60,072 bases of DNA. Source: a virus. The notes under the pieces were generated by a model that made no database searches, was not told where the DNA came from, and saw only the letters and a program-made list of their open reading frames with translations. Below, one piece after another: positions 18,001-27,332 of the stretch; within the stretch, counting starts at the first letter, position 1; each line of letters begins with the position of its first letter. The position numbers were made by a program, and so were the translations under genes. Location of the stretch: UHGV virus genome UHGV-0303171. One strand, 5' to 3'.

Positions 18001-18408
18001 CTATTTTCGTGCGCCTTTCTCAAGTTCTCTGTAAAGAAGGCTGCAAGCTAATTTCTCGGCTTTGTCCTCTGTGTATCTTGCCTTTTCTTCCTCTGTCTCT
18101 TCGAGGATGTTTCCAAGAAAGTCAATCGCTGATCTAAGAAAAATATCATCAGCAACCGGGAACGCTGTTGGAAGTCCCTGCATCCAGTCCATGAACATTT
18201 CGCTTTTGCTTGCTCTGCCTGCGATGTAATAATAGTCGTGTTCTAACTTTTCAACTCTGAACGCCTCCAAGATGTCTGCGCAGATCTCGTTAAAATCTGT
18301 CTTTGCTTCTCTGCCTTCGAATGTGTAATATTCGTTTGCAGACTCGCAGCTGTCCACGATCTCTTTTCTGATGTTCTCCATTGCTTTTCTGCTGTTTGTT
18401 CTTAACAT
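18001..18408 (-). CDS. hypothetical protein
   Basis: 135-aa ORF, first gene of the minus-strand trio. Confidence 0.5.
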   Translation of the reverse strand: MLRTNSRKAMENIRKEIVDSCESANEYYTFEGREAKTDFNEICADILEAFRVEKLEHDYYYIAGRASKSEMFMDWMQGLPTAFPVADDIFLRSAIDFLGNILEETEEEKARYTEDKAEKLACSLLYRELEKGARK

Positions 18409-18641
18409 TGCTTTTTTCCTTTGCTCCTGTTATAATAGAGCTACCTTTCTTTTGATTGGTGCCGATCGGGTTTAGTTGGTAGCTGCTCCGGTCGGCTTTT
18501 TTGTTTTGTTCTTTGCTATGGTTATAATATATCACTTTTTAAAGTTACTGTCAACGCTTTTATCACTTTTTTTGATAATATTTTTATTGACTTATAAAAG
18601 GCGTTGTATTATCCTTATTAATATAAAAGGAGGGAATGTAA

Positions 18642-18881
18642 ATGCTTAAATACAAATTCAATGTAGGGGATGCACTGGAAAGAGCTGGATTCACGACATA
18701 CAAAGCAAAAAAGACAGGATTATTAAGTCAAGACACGTTAAAAAAGATTAAGAATGAAGAAACAAATATCACACTTGGGGCGTTAAATTCTATTTGTATG
18801 ATTCTTGATTTGCAGCCAAAAGACATCCTTATATATGAAGAAACAGAAGACGAAGAAAAGAAAAAACAAGAATTATTTTAA
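18642..18881 (+). CDS. XRE-family HTH protein (short)
   Basis: TGLLSQDTLKKIKNEETNITLGALNSICMILDLQPKDIL matches the helix 2-5 region of a Cro/C1-type HTH. Confidence 0.5.
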   Translation: MLKYKFNVGDALERAGFTTYKAKKTGLLSQDTLKKIKNEETNITLGALNSICMILDLQPKDILIYEETEDEEKKKQELF

Positions 18882-19130
18882 AAGCATTGAAATAACTTTA
18901 TAAAGTGATGTAATAATACTTGTAAGGAACACAGCTTACAAGTCACCAGTGAGAGCTGGAGAAAGGAGAAAACAATGGAAAGACTGAAGAACGTATATAA
19001 AATATCGGCAGATCTCGAAGACGGAACGACAATAACTAAGCATATATTTTCACACACTCACGACAATGCATTAAACTCTGTAGAACTGATTCTGAAAGAT
19101 GTGATTTATTAAATATTATTTTAGCAAATA

Positions 19131-19170
19131 GAGCAAGAAATGGTCATTCATGCTCTATTTTTTTTAAATA
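19131..19170 (+). terminator. intrinsic terminator
   Basis: AGAGCA-loop-TGCTCT followed by ATTTTTTTT. Confidence 0.5.
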
Positions 19171-19687
19171 GTTGTTAGTTCAAACTAACAGGGCAAGTAG
19201 GGTTACAAAACTGTTAATAAATTGTTACGACAAATATTTAACAAATGCCAACAAAGCCAGTAAACACAAGGGCAAACAGTGATTTATTAAATGTTACGCT
19301 GTGCAAATTATTATGCTATTTGTATACAGAATGGATACAGAATGGATACAGCCCTAATAATCGACTTACTAAATAATTTATAATATTATATATTACTTTT
19401 CAATACTATATCCTTCACTACGTTCAGTCTATAGTATTAAAAAGGTCGGGTTTTGAGAAAACACCGACTGTGCACCTCCCCAAAATCGATGTAAAAAATA
19501 AATCGACCAGACAAGAAATGAACAACACCAGGAAGAGACAACCACAGCCAACAGAACAGGGCATTGTCTGTCCTGATTATCAAAACACGGACACGAAGCG
19601 CACAGCCGAGCACGCACATACACGGACGCACACGCCTTGATAAAAAATTAAAATTAATTTACTCAACACTATTGCAAACAGATTTTC

Positions 19688-19836
19688 GTTGTGTTATAAT
19701 GGCATCAGCGACAAGAAATCCGTGAAAGCCGAATGGGAGCTGGATCGAAAAGAGCTAGGAATCGTCAGCCTAGGCATATCGAGAAAATAACAGACAATGA
19801 GCTGTTCAATATCTCGGTGTGTCTAGGCTTTTTTGT
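19688..19836 (+). promoter_or_regulatory. conserved leader RNA element copy B (same architecture as 12737..12888)
   Basis: TGtTATAAT lies at 19692-19700. The conserved core spans 19705-19775. The terminator hairpin GCCTAGG...CCTAGGC at 19768-19828 is followed by T6. Confidence 0.5.
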
Positions 19837-19871
19837 CTATAGATTATTTTGAAAATGCGGAGGTGAAAACA

Positions 19872-20561
19872 ATGGCTAAGAGAGGATCAGAACAGAAAAC
19901 AGAGAGAGTAGAAGCTGAGACAGTGAACAGTGTTGAAAATGTTGAAGTTGATCCGGTCAACCTCAGAGCCTTAGTTGATGACGTGATCACTGATTACTGC
20001 ATGAGAGATGATCTGGATGAATCAGACATTCCACCACAAATCTGGAACGACATCATTGAAGAGATTAGAGTGACATTGTTTGAAAAGAACGGTAATTTGC
20101 TCTGGATCAATGGCAGCATTGGCGGAACCTATGACGATGAGAAAGTCATGAATGCCTATGAAATTTACAAGAGAATCTGTAATAGACACTGCCAAGTTGT
20201 AAATATTAAAGGGTTCTCTGATATGTCTGGGATAGATAAACAAACGCTATATAACTGGGATAGAGACAGTAAATATAACAGCAAATATAATCCTAGTAAT
20301 AGTGGTGGTAATAGTAATAGACTAAGTAAAAAATATTTCGATTTGCGCAAGAAAATCATGGATGACAACGAGCAATCTCTTGAGTCAATGCTGCAAGATA
20401 AACGTATCAACCCAATGAAGGTGCTGCCATCACTGAACAGGCACCATATGTGGAACCTTCCAGGCGTTAGCCGTGAGAAAGTGGAGGTGAGGCCACTGAC
20501 CGCTGACCAATTGCCACAGCTGGGACAGGATTTACCGCCACAGATCGGGGAAAACGATTGA
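19872..20561 (+). CDS. hypothetical protein (HTH-like GIDKQTLYNW segment)
   Basis: ATG 19872 follows a GGAGGTG RBS. The gene lies downstream of leader element B. Confidence 0.55.
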   Translation: MAKRGSEQKTERVEAETVNSVENVEVDPVNLRALVDDVITDYCMRDDLDESDIPPQIWNDIIEEIRVTLFEKNGNLLWINGSIGGTYDDEKVMNAYEIYKRICNRHCQVVNIKGFSDMSGIDKQTLYNWDRDSKYNSKYNPSNSGGNSNRLSKKYFDLRKKIMDDNEQSLESMLQDKRINPMKVLPSLNRHHMWNLPGVSREKVEVRPLTADQLPQLGQDLPPQIGEND

Positions 20562-20860
20562 TATTTTTTAAGATTTGAGAACGGAAAATCATATGGTTAA
20601 AATAAATCATTGACTTTGCAGTGATTTTAAACAGGGTTTCATGGAAAATGGTCAGTTCTATTGGATAAATAAGTATTTTTCGTATAGATTCATATGTTCG
20701 GAACAAATGTTCGACACACTGACCGATGGGGGAGGGGGTTAAATCAATTTCGAAAAATCGGCTTACTAAGTCACCAATTTTAACTCAAAAACAAAAAGCC
20801 CATATGGAGAAAACTTCACGGTTCGCCAATGAGACGGAAAACAAACAGGAGAAACTGATT

Positions 20861-21019
20861 ATGCACAGATACGAGATAGTTCAAGAGAGAGTAGCGCTGA
20901 CGATTACAGCTGATTCGATGAAGATCAGAGAAGATAACTTGATTGTCTTTGAACGGGATGAAGAGACAGTAGCAATTATCAATGGAAAAGATATCAAGTA
21001 CATTTTAAGAATTGAATAG
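20861..21019 (+). CDS. hypothetical small protein
   Basis: Internal ATG follows an AGGAG RBS. The start is uncertain. Confidence 0.3.
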   Translation: MHRYEIVQERVALTITADSMKIREDNLIVFERDEETVAIINGKDIKYILRIE

Positions 21020-21175
21020 GGGGCTTACAACATGCTGAAAATGATTCAACGCCTGTTCTGCCGACACGATCACATGGTGCATGACCATACAGACCTTGTT
21101 CGACAGGAAGACGGAAGTTTTAAGACAAAAACATTATTGGCGGTGTAAGAGCTGCGGAAAGGTGATATCGGGAAA

Positions 21176-21547
21176 ATGATTACAAAGAAAGATTTAAAAG
21201 GATTGAGTAAACGGGAACTGAAAGAGATGCTGTGTTTGGCAAGTCAGTGGTGCGAGGAGTGCGGACTTGTTCTTGAGTTCAGAGATTGTTCGATGGAATT
21301 TGCCGGACAGGAAATCGATGCAGATGCATTTGGAGAAGATATCGAATCTCTTGAGGATGGATCACTTACATTCTCGTTTGACCCATATGAGGATTGCGAC
21401 AGATCAGACCTCATTCGTGAAATCGAGATTGCAGAAGAGAAGAACGGATATCTCGAATCAGACAATGAGAACTTGAAGACAGCAATTAGAGTTCTGTTTG
21501 ATCTGCACGCTGGAAAAAGAAGCTTCCGGGGCAATTCGTATGAATGA
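21176..21547 (+). CDS. hypothetical acidic protein
   Basis: 123-aa ORF. Confidence 0.5.
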   Translation: MITKKDLKGLSKRELKEMLCLASQWCEECGLVLEFRDCSMEFAGQEIDADAFGEDIESLEDGSLTFSFDPYEDCDRSDLIREIEIAEEKNGYLESDNENLKTAIRVLFDLHAGKRSFRGNSYE

Positions 21548-21737
21548 TATCGGGTTCAAGGAACAGATTCTTCAGACATCATGTAAAGTTATCAAAAGTG
21601 AGCTGATGAAGCATGGAGAATTCTATGATGCGTTTGTGGCATCTGTTGAATCAGTGATACGTGAGATACCTGAGGTTGGCGAAAAGACACTTGCTATCGC
21701 TGAGAGAATCACGAAACGTATTTCCGGGGAGGAATGA
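21540..21737 (+). CDS. hypothetical protein
   Basis: ATG 21540 overlaps the upstream stop. Confidence 0.4.
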   Translation: MNDIGFKEQILQTSCKVIKSELMKHGEFYDAFVASVESVIREIPEVGEKTLAIAERITKRISGEE

Positions 21738-21738
21738 C

Positions 21739-21900
21739 ATGAGAATTGCTGGGAAAGAAATCAACGATGAATGTGTTCACTGCGGAGAGATTCTTGAATG
21801 TGAGCTTTTCAAACAGGGACACGGAATCAAGCAGGAAAGAACAAATGTGGTGCAGATGATTTCTTGTCAGATGAAGCACAAGGAAAAGAGAAGTGAGTAG
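21739..21900 (+). CDS. hypothetical small Cys-containing protein
   Basis: ATG follows a GGGGAGG RBS. ECVHCGEILEC is present. Confidence 0.35.
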   Translation: MRIAGKEINDECVHCGEILECELFKQGHGIKQERTNVVQMISCQMKHKEKRSE

Positions 21901-21928
21901 ATTGCTGTTGATTTAGGAGAGTGATGAA

Positions 21929-22204
21929 ATGAAAGTATATGACACAGACGAAATTCAATGTGAGACCAATGAGGATGTTGGTTTATGCTATGATGCAGCG
22001 TTTGATTACAGAACGTTGGAGAACATATATTGGATCGACCCATTTAATTCATTTGGTGGAAATGAAATTGAAAATAGCATTACGTATGATGGGTGCATGA
22101 TCCTAATATCTGCCACATTTCCAAAAGACATGCCTCAGGAAAAAGTTCGAAAAATCATGTGCGACAGAGTGGCTAAGTGGAAAGCAGAGCAATTGAGTTT
22201 ATAA
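21929..22204 (+). CDS. hypothetical protein
   Basis: 91-aa ORF with a GGAGAG RBS. Confidence 0.5.
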   Translation: MKVYDTDEIQCETNEDVGLCYDAAFDYRTLENIYWIDPFNSFGGNEIENSITYDGCMILISATFPKDMPQEKVRKIMCDRVAKWKAEQLSL

Positions 22205-22220
22205 AAAGGAGAAATGAACG

Positions 22221-22733
22221 ATGACATTTAGAGAAGCATTTGAAGCAATGAAACATGGAGCAAAGGTAAAACTTCCATCATGGGCTGGATATTGGTTCTG
22301 GTGTATTCCAGCACAGTCAATTCTGATGCATACGAAAGATGGTAATGACATTGATGTTCGTAGAACTGAGTGTGTAGATTATACATTTTCAAATATTTGT
22401 TCCGATGAATGGATTTTTGCGGATGACACGAACTGTCTGGCACTTGGTGGCATGAATACATTTTCATTTCACGAAGCTATGAAGCAGGTGAAGAACAAGA
22501 AACGTGTAAGACGATTGACGTTTGAACCAGGCATGTTCTTACAACTTGCACAAGCCACTTTCAGAGCTTGTCTTGATGGTGAAAGGGAAGACAAATTTAA
22601 TAGCGAGGAATACTCAATCATAAAAGCAGGTGAATCTAAAAATTATCCTTATTACACAAAATGTGAGCAGTATGTGCCGACACAAGCAGATATGCTTGCA
22701 GAAGATTGGGTATTTGCAGAGCAGGAGGATTAA
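22221..22733 (+). CDS. DUF2829-like phage protein
   Basis: MTFREAFEAMKHGAKVKLPSWAGYWFW matches the DUF2829 N-terminal signature (M.F.EAlealK.GkkvaR.gW.gkg). Confidence 0.55.
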   Translation: MTFREAFEAMKHGAKVKLPSWAGYWFWCIPAQSILMHTKDGNDIDVRRTECVDYTFSNICSDEWIFADDTNCLALGGMNTFSFHEAMKQVKNKKRVRRLTFEPGMFLQLAQATFRACLDGEREDKFNSEEYSIIKAGESKNYPYYTKCEQYVPTQADMLAEDWVFAEQED

Positions 22734-22735
22734 TC

Positions 22736-22984
22736 ATGAAGAAATTAAGATGGATTTTGGCAATTGCATTTCTTATTGCCGGAGTTGCCGGAGGACTTTA
22801 TTTTGGAGGTTATGAGCTCCTGTTTAAACCGATTTTTACAGCTTGCATAGCTTGGGATGCAGGACAACTTACAGCAGCGATTATTTGGACAACAATCGTA
22901 AAAGCATTTCTCTCAGTGATTGTTATGGCGGTAATCATTTTTGTTGGATTTCTGGGATTTGCAATTTCCACGCCAAAACAATAA
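22736..22984 (+). CDS. small membrane protein (multi-TM)
   Basis: ATG 22736 follows a GCAGGAGGA RBS. There are 3 predicted hydrophobic segments. Confidence 0.5.
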   Translation: MKKLRWILAIAFLIAGVAGGLYFGGYELLFKPIFTACIAWDAGQLTAAIIWTTIVKAFLSVIVMAVIIFVGFLGFAISTPKQ

Positions 22985-23294
22985 TTAAGACATTTACTAA
23001 TACTTGGTTTCATATATTCGTCCATGTGACGATTCTCCACCTACTAGCGGAAAGCTGAACAAAGGGACGTCACAAGTCTCGGTAGGTTTAGCCGATTCTG
23101 AAATCGGTTCCGTCAGAATATCGTTGTTGATTGTTAATCTGACGTATAATGTGAAACTCAACCCAGTATCTTTGCGGAGAACTGGCAGTGAAAGGCTGTA
23201 GCCGAACGTGAGCACAGTAGTGGGTATACACATGAAAAATCACGGAACCTGTTTTATGAGTGGTGACAGTTCAGTAAAAACGCACCGCTGACAA

Positions 23295-23377
23295 GCCGCA
23301 TTCCCATAAAGGCATTGGAGATGCTTGCTAGGCATTCGGTCGGAAACGACTTGGAGGTTCGAATCCTCCATGCGGCG
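23295..23377 (+). tRNA. tRNA-Ser (anticodon GCU), type II with long variable arm
   Basis: Acceptor GCCGCAT/ATGCGGC is 7 bp with discriminator G. The anticodon arm is GATGC-ttGCTag-GCATT. The variable-arm hairpin is GTCG-gaaa-CGAC. The T arm is GGAGG-TTCGAAT-CCTCC. The D arm is less clean. Confidence 0.6.
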
Positions 23378-23510
23378 TTCTGAATTTCACGGTTCTCAGA
23401 AACACCCCTCATGTACGCGCCCTATGTGCAGTAAATATGCCATTTTCCTTTAGATTAGTTTTGATTCCCATAAGTTTAAAGTGATAAAAAGATTTCAAAA
23501 ACCGTGAAAT

Positions 23511-23584
23511 GCTATCATAGCTCAAATGGATAGAGCAGTTGATTACGAATCAACAGGTTCCCGGTTCGATTCCGGGCGGTAGCT
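23511..23584 (+). tRNA. tRNA-Arg (anticodon ACG)
   Basis: The D arm is GCTC/GAGC. The anticodon arm is GTTGA-ttACGaa-TCAAC. The T arm is CCCGG-TTCGATT-CCGGG. The acceptor is 6 of 7 paired, with an A7-C66 mismatch. Confidence 0.75.
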
Positions 23585-23642
23585 TCTCCAAGCGTGGTGA
23601 ACTTGGAGAGTCATCCTTTCATAAGATTTTTTCCTTTCGGTT

Positions 23643-23703
23643 TGCCGTGTAGTTCAATTGGTAGAACGTGTGAAATGTGTCGGTTCGAATCCGACCACGG
23701 CAA
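23643..23703 (+). ncRNA. tRNA-like element lacking an anticodon arm (61 nt; perfect acceptor, D and T arms)
   Basis: The acceptor TGCCGTG/CACGGCA is perfect. The D arm is GTTC-aattggta-GAAC. The T arm is GTCGG-TTCGAAT-CCGAC. Only 11 nt (GTGTGAAATGT) lie where the 17-nt anticodon arm plus variable loop should be. Confidence 0.4.
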
Positions 23704-24433
23704 TTCAAACATGATTAACTCGGTGAAGAGTGATTTTTCAGTCATGCCGAGATGCAATGGTAACAAGATAGGCTTGTTCGAGATATTGGATAAGCTAATT
23801 CTTTCCACTAGGAGTGATTCTGGTGGTGGAGATGGAAACCATCAACAATGCCTTGCAGTGTATCATCATAGAGAAGTCAAATGCAGACTCCTTGTGGTCG
23901 GCGATCAATAGACGCTTGCAGTGCAAGAACAATCCATTTAGTTCGTGGTGTGAGAGACCACCAACAGAGATGGAAATTCTCAAGAAGCCGATTTGCCTTG
24001 AAGCTGAGAAATCAGTGTATAACACAAGAAAGTCGTTAAAGTAGCGGTATGGCAAGTTCTTGATCTTATCAAAATGGTTTGAGTGGATTATAAAAACATT
24101 ACAAACAATTCTGAAAGAACCGTGAAATTTGTAGGTATCAATCCTGTGTGTGCTTAGACAGTGGTAGGAAGCCAAGAGTCGCTCTCAGAAGCTCAGACCT
24201 ATCATCATAGTGGCAGAATATGACTTTTACCATGATTGAATAAGGGGAAACCCTAATCATGTTTGAATTAAAAATCAATCAGTGTTTTAGCTGCGGAGTT
24301 CGCTGAAGCTCGGAAACTAACGTTTTGTTAATAAAAGACGTGGTTTACCGATCATATAATAAACTCCAATATTATAAAGAACCGTAGCAGTGCAGGATTC
24401 CTTACGGCTTTCGAGGTAAATTTCTTGCAGCTA

Positions 24434-24504
24434 AGGGCGTATAGCTTAAAGGTAGAGCACAGGACTTTGACTCCTGATGTACTGGTTCGATTCCAGTTAC
24501 GCTT
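24434..24504 (+). tRNA. tRNA-Gln (anticodon UUG)
   Basis: The D arm is GCTT/GAGC. The anticodon arm is CAGGA-ctTTGac-TCCTG. The T arm is ACTGG-TTCGATT-CCAGT. The acceptor GGGCGTA/TACGCTT has two terminal G.U pairs. Confidence 0.6.
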
Positions 24505-24549
24505 GTTTGAAAAAAAATTGAAATGTGAAAAGAAGAAAGGAGGGTTCCG

Positions 24550-24741
24550 ATGGGGAGAAAAATTAAGGTGCTTGACAGAGAAAAGTTTGTTGAAGCAATT
24601 AATGATTATTGCAGCCATAAAATTACAATGGATGAAGCGGCAAAGAAAATGGGTGTCTGTACTCCGACATTCCGCAAATATCTCAGAATGGTTTGGATGG
24701 GAGAACCACTGCCGGAAGAACTGTTCGAAAGGAAGAAATAG
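24550..24741 (+). CDS. small HTH protein (possible terminase small subunit or packaging DNA-binding protein)
   Basis: ITMDEAAKKMGVCTPTFRKYL is HTH-like. The gene lies immediately upstream of the TerL region and has an AAGGAGGG RBS. Confidence 0.4.
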   Translation: MGRKIKVLDREKFVEAINDYCSHKITMDEAAKKMGVCTPTFRKYLRMVWMGEPLPEELFERKK

Positions 24742-24743
24742 TT

Positions 24744-24908
24744 ATGAAAATTGACGATGAAATGAGAAAAAATGAAGTAAAACGCGTGATTACTTGCAAA
24801 ATGGAAGATATTGCCAGTTTGGTGGCGAATTCCGGTTATACAGTGACAATCCGACCGACAAAAGACGGGGCGAAGATTACAAGCCACAAAGAAAAGATCG
24901 TAAAGTAA
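24744..24908 (+). CDS. hypothetical small protein
   Basis: ATG 24744, 54 aa. Confidence 0.35.
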   Translation: MKIDDEMRKNEVKRVITCKMEDIASLVANSGYTVTIRPTKDGAKITSHKEKIVK

Positions 24909-24998
24909 ATACAGAAGCTCATGCCCGGATGCGGACAGGGAACAGGGGAGTGCTCCTTAACTTTTTTATTTTAAGAGTTAGGGGGCACTTTTTGCGTT

Positions 24999-26735
24999 AT
25001 GGCGAGCGATTATTTGATTAAAACCGTAAAAGGGTATGAAAACTACATAGAGCGTAAGGGGATTGACGAACAGGTGCTTGATGCGTACAGAGAAGCCAGC
25101 AAAGTTGCCATGTTTAACAACAAAGATAACGATGGATTGAAAATTTCAGGCAGAGCGAGACAGTTGTACGAGCAATTCATAATGAACAGCACTGGAGGAA
25201 CATCGTGGGATTTGGAAAAATATGCATTTGAGAACGGTACATATTACCAAATACTTGATGATTTCTACGATCTTATTTTAGCAGAAGCAAAAAACAAGTG
25301 CGTTGATAGCTACTTCCGGTACATCGAGAAGAAAAGAGAACCAAAAGAGCGATTTTACATGCCTAGAAGAAAGCAATTCCTGAAAATCGGTCTTGTAGAT
25401 GGCTTACAAGGAATGCTTGATGACAAGTACGATATGCTTTTGATTTCCCTCATACCCGGCGCCGGGAAAACTTCAATAGAGAAATTCTTCCTTAGCGGAG
25501 TCATTGGATGGTACCCAAAAGACTTCAATTTGTTCTATTCTCACAGCAGCGACATCACGAGAATGTTCTATGATGGAGAATTAGATATTGTGAAGAATCT
25601 CGGGGAGTATTGCTGGCATGATATATTCCCGAATTTAGCTGTTTCTGGAGAAAATGCAAAGATGGAACAGTTCAATGTTGGAAAATACAAACCGTTCCCA
25701 TCTGTTCAGTGTACATCTGTTGGTAGTAAGAACGCCGGAAAAGTACGCGCTTCTAAATTCCTACTCGTTGACGATATGATCGGAGGAATTGAAGAAGCGT
25801 TAAACAGAAATATCCTTGATAAATTGTGGGACAAATACGCCGTAGATGCCCGTCAGAGAAAGATTCAGGACACAGACGGGAATAACTGCAAGGAAATTCA
25901 TATAGCGACTAGATGGAGCGTGCACGATGTAATAGGACGTATTCAAAAGATGTATGAGGGGAATGACCGTGTAAAAACAATTGCAGTGCCAGACATTGAT
26001 CCGAAAACAGGAAAAAGCAACTTTGATTATGAGTATAGCGGATTTACTGTGGAATTCTTTGAGGACCAGCAGCTACTTATGGACGATGTTTCATACAGAT
26101 GCCTTTACAAACAGGAGCCAATTGAAAGAGAAGGACTTCTGTTCCCAGAAGAAAAGACAAGACGGTATCTGAATTTGCCACATGGAGCACCGGAAATCAT
26201 AACTGCTCAATGTGATACAAAAGGAAAAGGAACGGACTATTTTGTGCTCCCAGTCTTGCAGAAGTACGGAGAAGACTATTATTGTGTTGATTGTGTCTGC
26301 GATAATACGGCAGATTACGAATTACAGTATGAAAATGCATCAAACATCATTGTTGACAATCAGGTTCAAGAGTGTGAATTTGAGCGAAATGCCGGAGGAG
26401 ACAGAGTAGCGCTGGAAGTGAATAAGCGAGTAGAGCAAAAAAAATGGATATGCAATATTACGGATACTCCGACAGAGACTAACAAAGAAGCAAGAATCTA
26501 TCAGTGCTCAAGCTGGATTTTACAGCACGTAATATTTAAGGATTCTTCACTTTATACGCCAAAAGAGCCGTATGGAGTAATGATGAGTCTTTTGACAAGA
26601 TATTCGGTTTCCGATAAGAAGCAGCTTGACGACGTACCGGACGTTTTTTCAAACTTTGCTATAAGAATGACGGCAGGGACAAGAGAAGCAAAAGTTGAAG
26701 CAGTACACAATCCGTTTAGAGGGAGATACATATAA
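24999..26735 (+). CDS. terL: terminase large subunit
   Basis: Walker A is LIPGAGKTS, Walker B is FLLVDDM and the coupling motif is IATRWSVHD. The C-terminal nuclease acidic residues are CDTKGKGTDYFV, EFERNAGGD and LDDVPD. The protein is 578 aa. Confidence 0.85.
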   Translation: MASDYLIKTVKGYENYIERKGIDEQVLDAYREASKVAMFNNKDNDGLKISGRARQLYEQFIMNSTGGTSWDLEKYAFENGTYYQILDDFYDLILAEAKNKCVDSYFRYIEKKREPKERFYMPRRKQFLKIGLVDGLQGMLDDKYDMLLISLIPGAGKTSIEKFFLSGVIGWYPKDFNLFYSHSSDITRMFYDGELDIVKNLGEYCWHDIFPNLAVSGENAKMEQFNVGKYKPFPSVQCTSVGSKNAGKVRASKFLLVDDMIGGIEEALNRNILDKLWDKYAVDARQRKIQDTDGNNCKEIHIATRWSVHDVIGRIQKMYEGNDRVKTIAVPDIDPKTGKSNFDYEYSGFTVEFFEDQQLLMDDVSYRCLYKQEPIEREGLLFPEEKTRRYLNLPHGAPEIITAQCDTKGKGTDYFVLPVLQKYGEDYYCVDCVCDNTADYELQYENASNIIVDNQVQECEFERNAGGDRVALEVNKRVEQKKWICNITDTPTETNKEARIYQCSSWILQHVIFKDSSLYTPKEPYGVMMSLLTRYSVSDKKQLDDVPDVFSNFAIRMTAGTREAKVEAVHNPFRGRYI

Positions 26736-27157
26736 TGGATACGAAAACATATTTAGGACAGATTTCAAAGTTAGATTTCGTAATAAAAAACAAAGTTGAA
26801 GAAATTAATCAATTAAGAGATATGGCATGTTCCATTTCTGTGTCTCCGAAAGAGGTTAATGTTCAGAGCAGTGGAGAACCAGACAAAATGGGAAGCCTTG
26901 TTTCTAAAATTGCAGATGCAGAAGTAGAGCTTGCAGAATCTATTGAGAAATCTTTCCAAAAAAAGAGAGAAATCACCCAACAAATTGAGATGATTACAAA
27001 CACAAATCAGTACAGAATCTTGTACAACAGATATGTTTTGTGTAAAAACTGGAAAACGATCACTTCGGAAATGGAATGTTCATTTAGGGGAGCAATGTCA
27101 ATCCATGGAAGAGCGTTACAAGAGTTTGAGAAGCTTTTCGGCTCTTACTATCTATAA
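26735..27157 (+). CDS. hypothetical protein with sigma-70 region-4-like C-terminal HTH
   Basis: YRILYNRYVLCKNWKTITSEMECSFRGAMSIHGRALQEF. Confidence 0.4.
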   Translation: MDTKTYLGQISKLDFVIKNKVEEINQLRDMACSISVSPKEVNVQSSGEPDKMGSLVSKIADAEVELAESIEKSFQKKREITQQIEMITNTNQYRILYNRYVLCKNWKTITSEMECSFRGAMSIHGRALQEFEKLFGSYYL

Positions 27158-27332
27158 TCACTTCACAAAAGTGCACATAATTGCACATTCTTTCACTACT
27201 TTTCCGAATACTTGACGTGTTATAATAATAATCGAAGAAATATAACTTGAGGATACATAACAATTCTCATAATCCTTTCTCAAAAATGCACTTGGAATGA
27301 CGAACCAGGTGCATTTTTTATTGGTGAAAAAC

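Noticed and set aside
19326-19352. Tandem duplication AGAATGGATAC x2
   Set aside because: It is too short and isolated to support a functional call. It is probably slippage in an AT-rich intergenic region.
23643-23703. Initial call as tRNA-Gly
   Set aside because: The acceptor and the D and T arms fit, but the segment where the anticodon arm should be is only 11 nt. It cannot be a decoding tRNA and is reported as a tRNA-like element.
23594-24754. Track ORFs overlapping the tRNA cluster on both strands (23594..23911 +, 23795..24175 -, 23814..24044 +, 24352..24618 -, 24425..24754 +)
   Set aside because: They overlap tRNA genes and each other, and have H/C/F-rich, non-protein-like composition with no RBS. 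The region is better explained as tRNA or non-coding.
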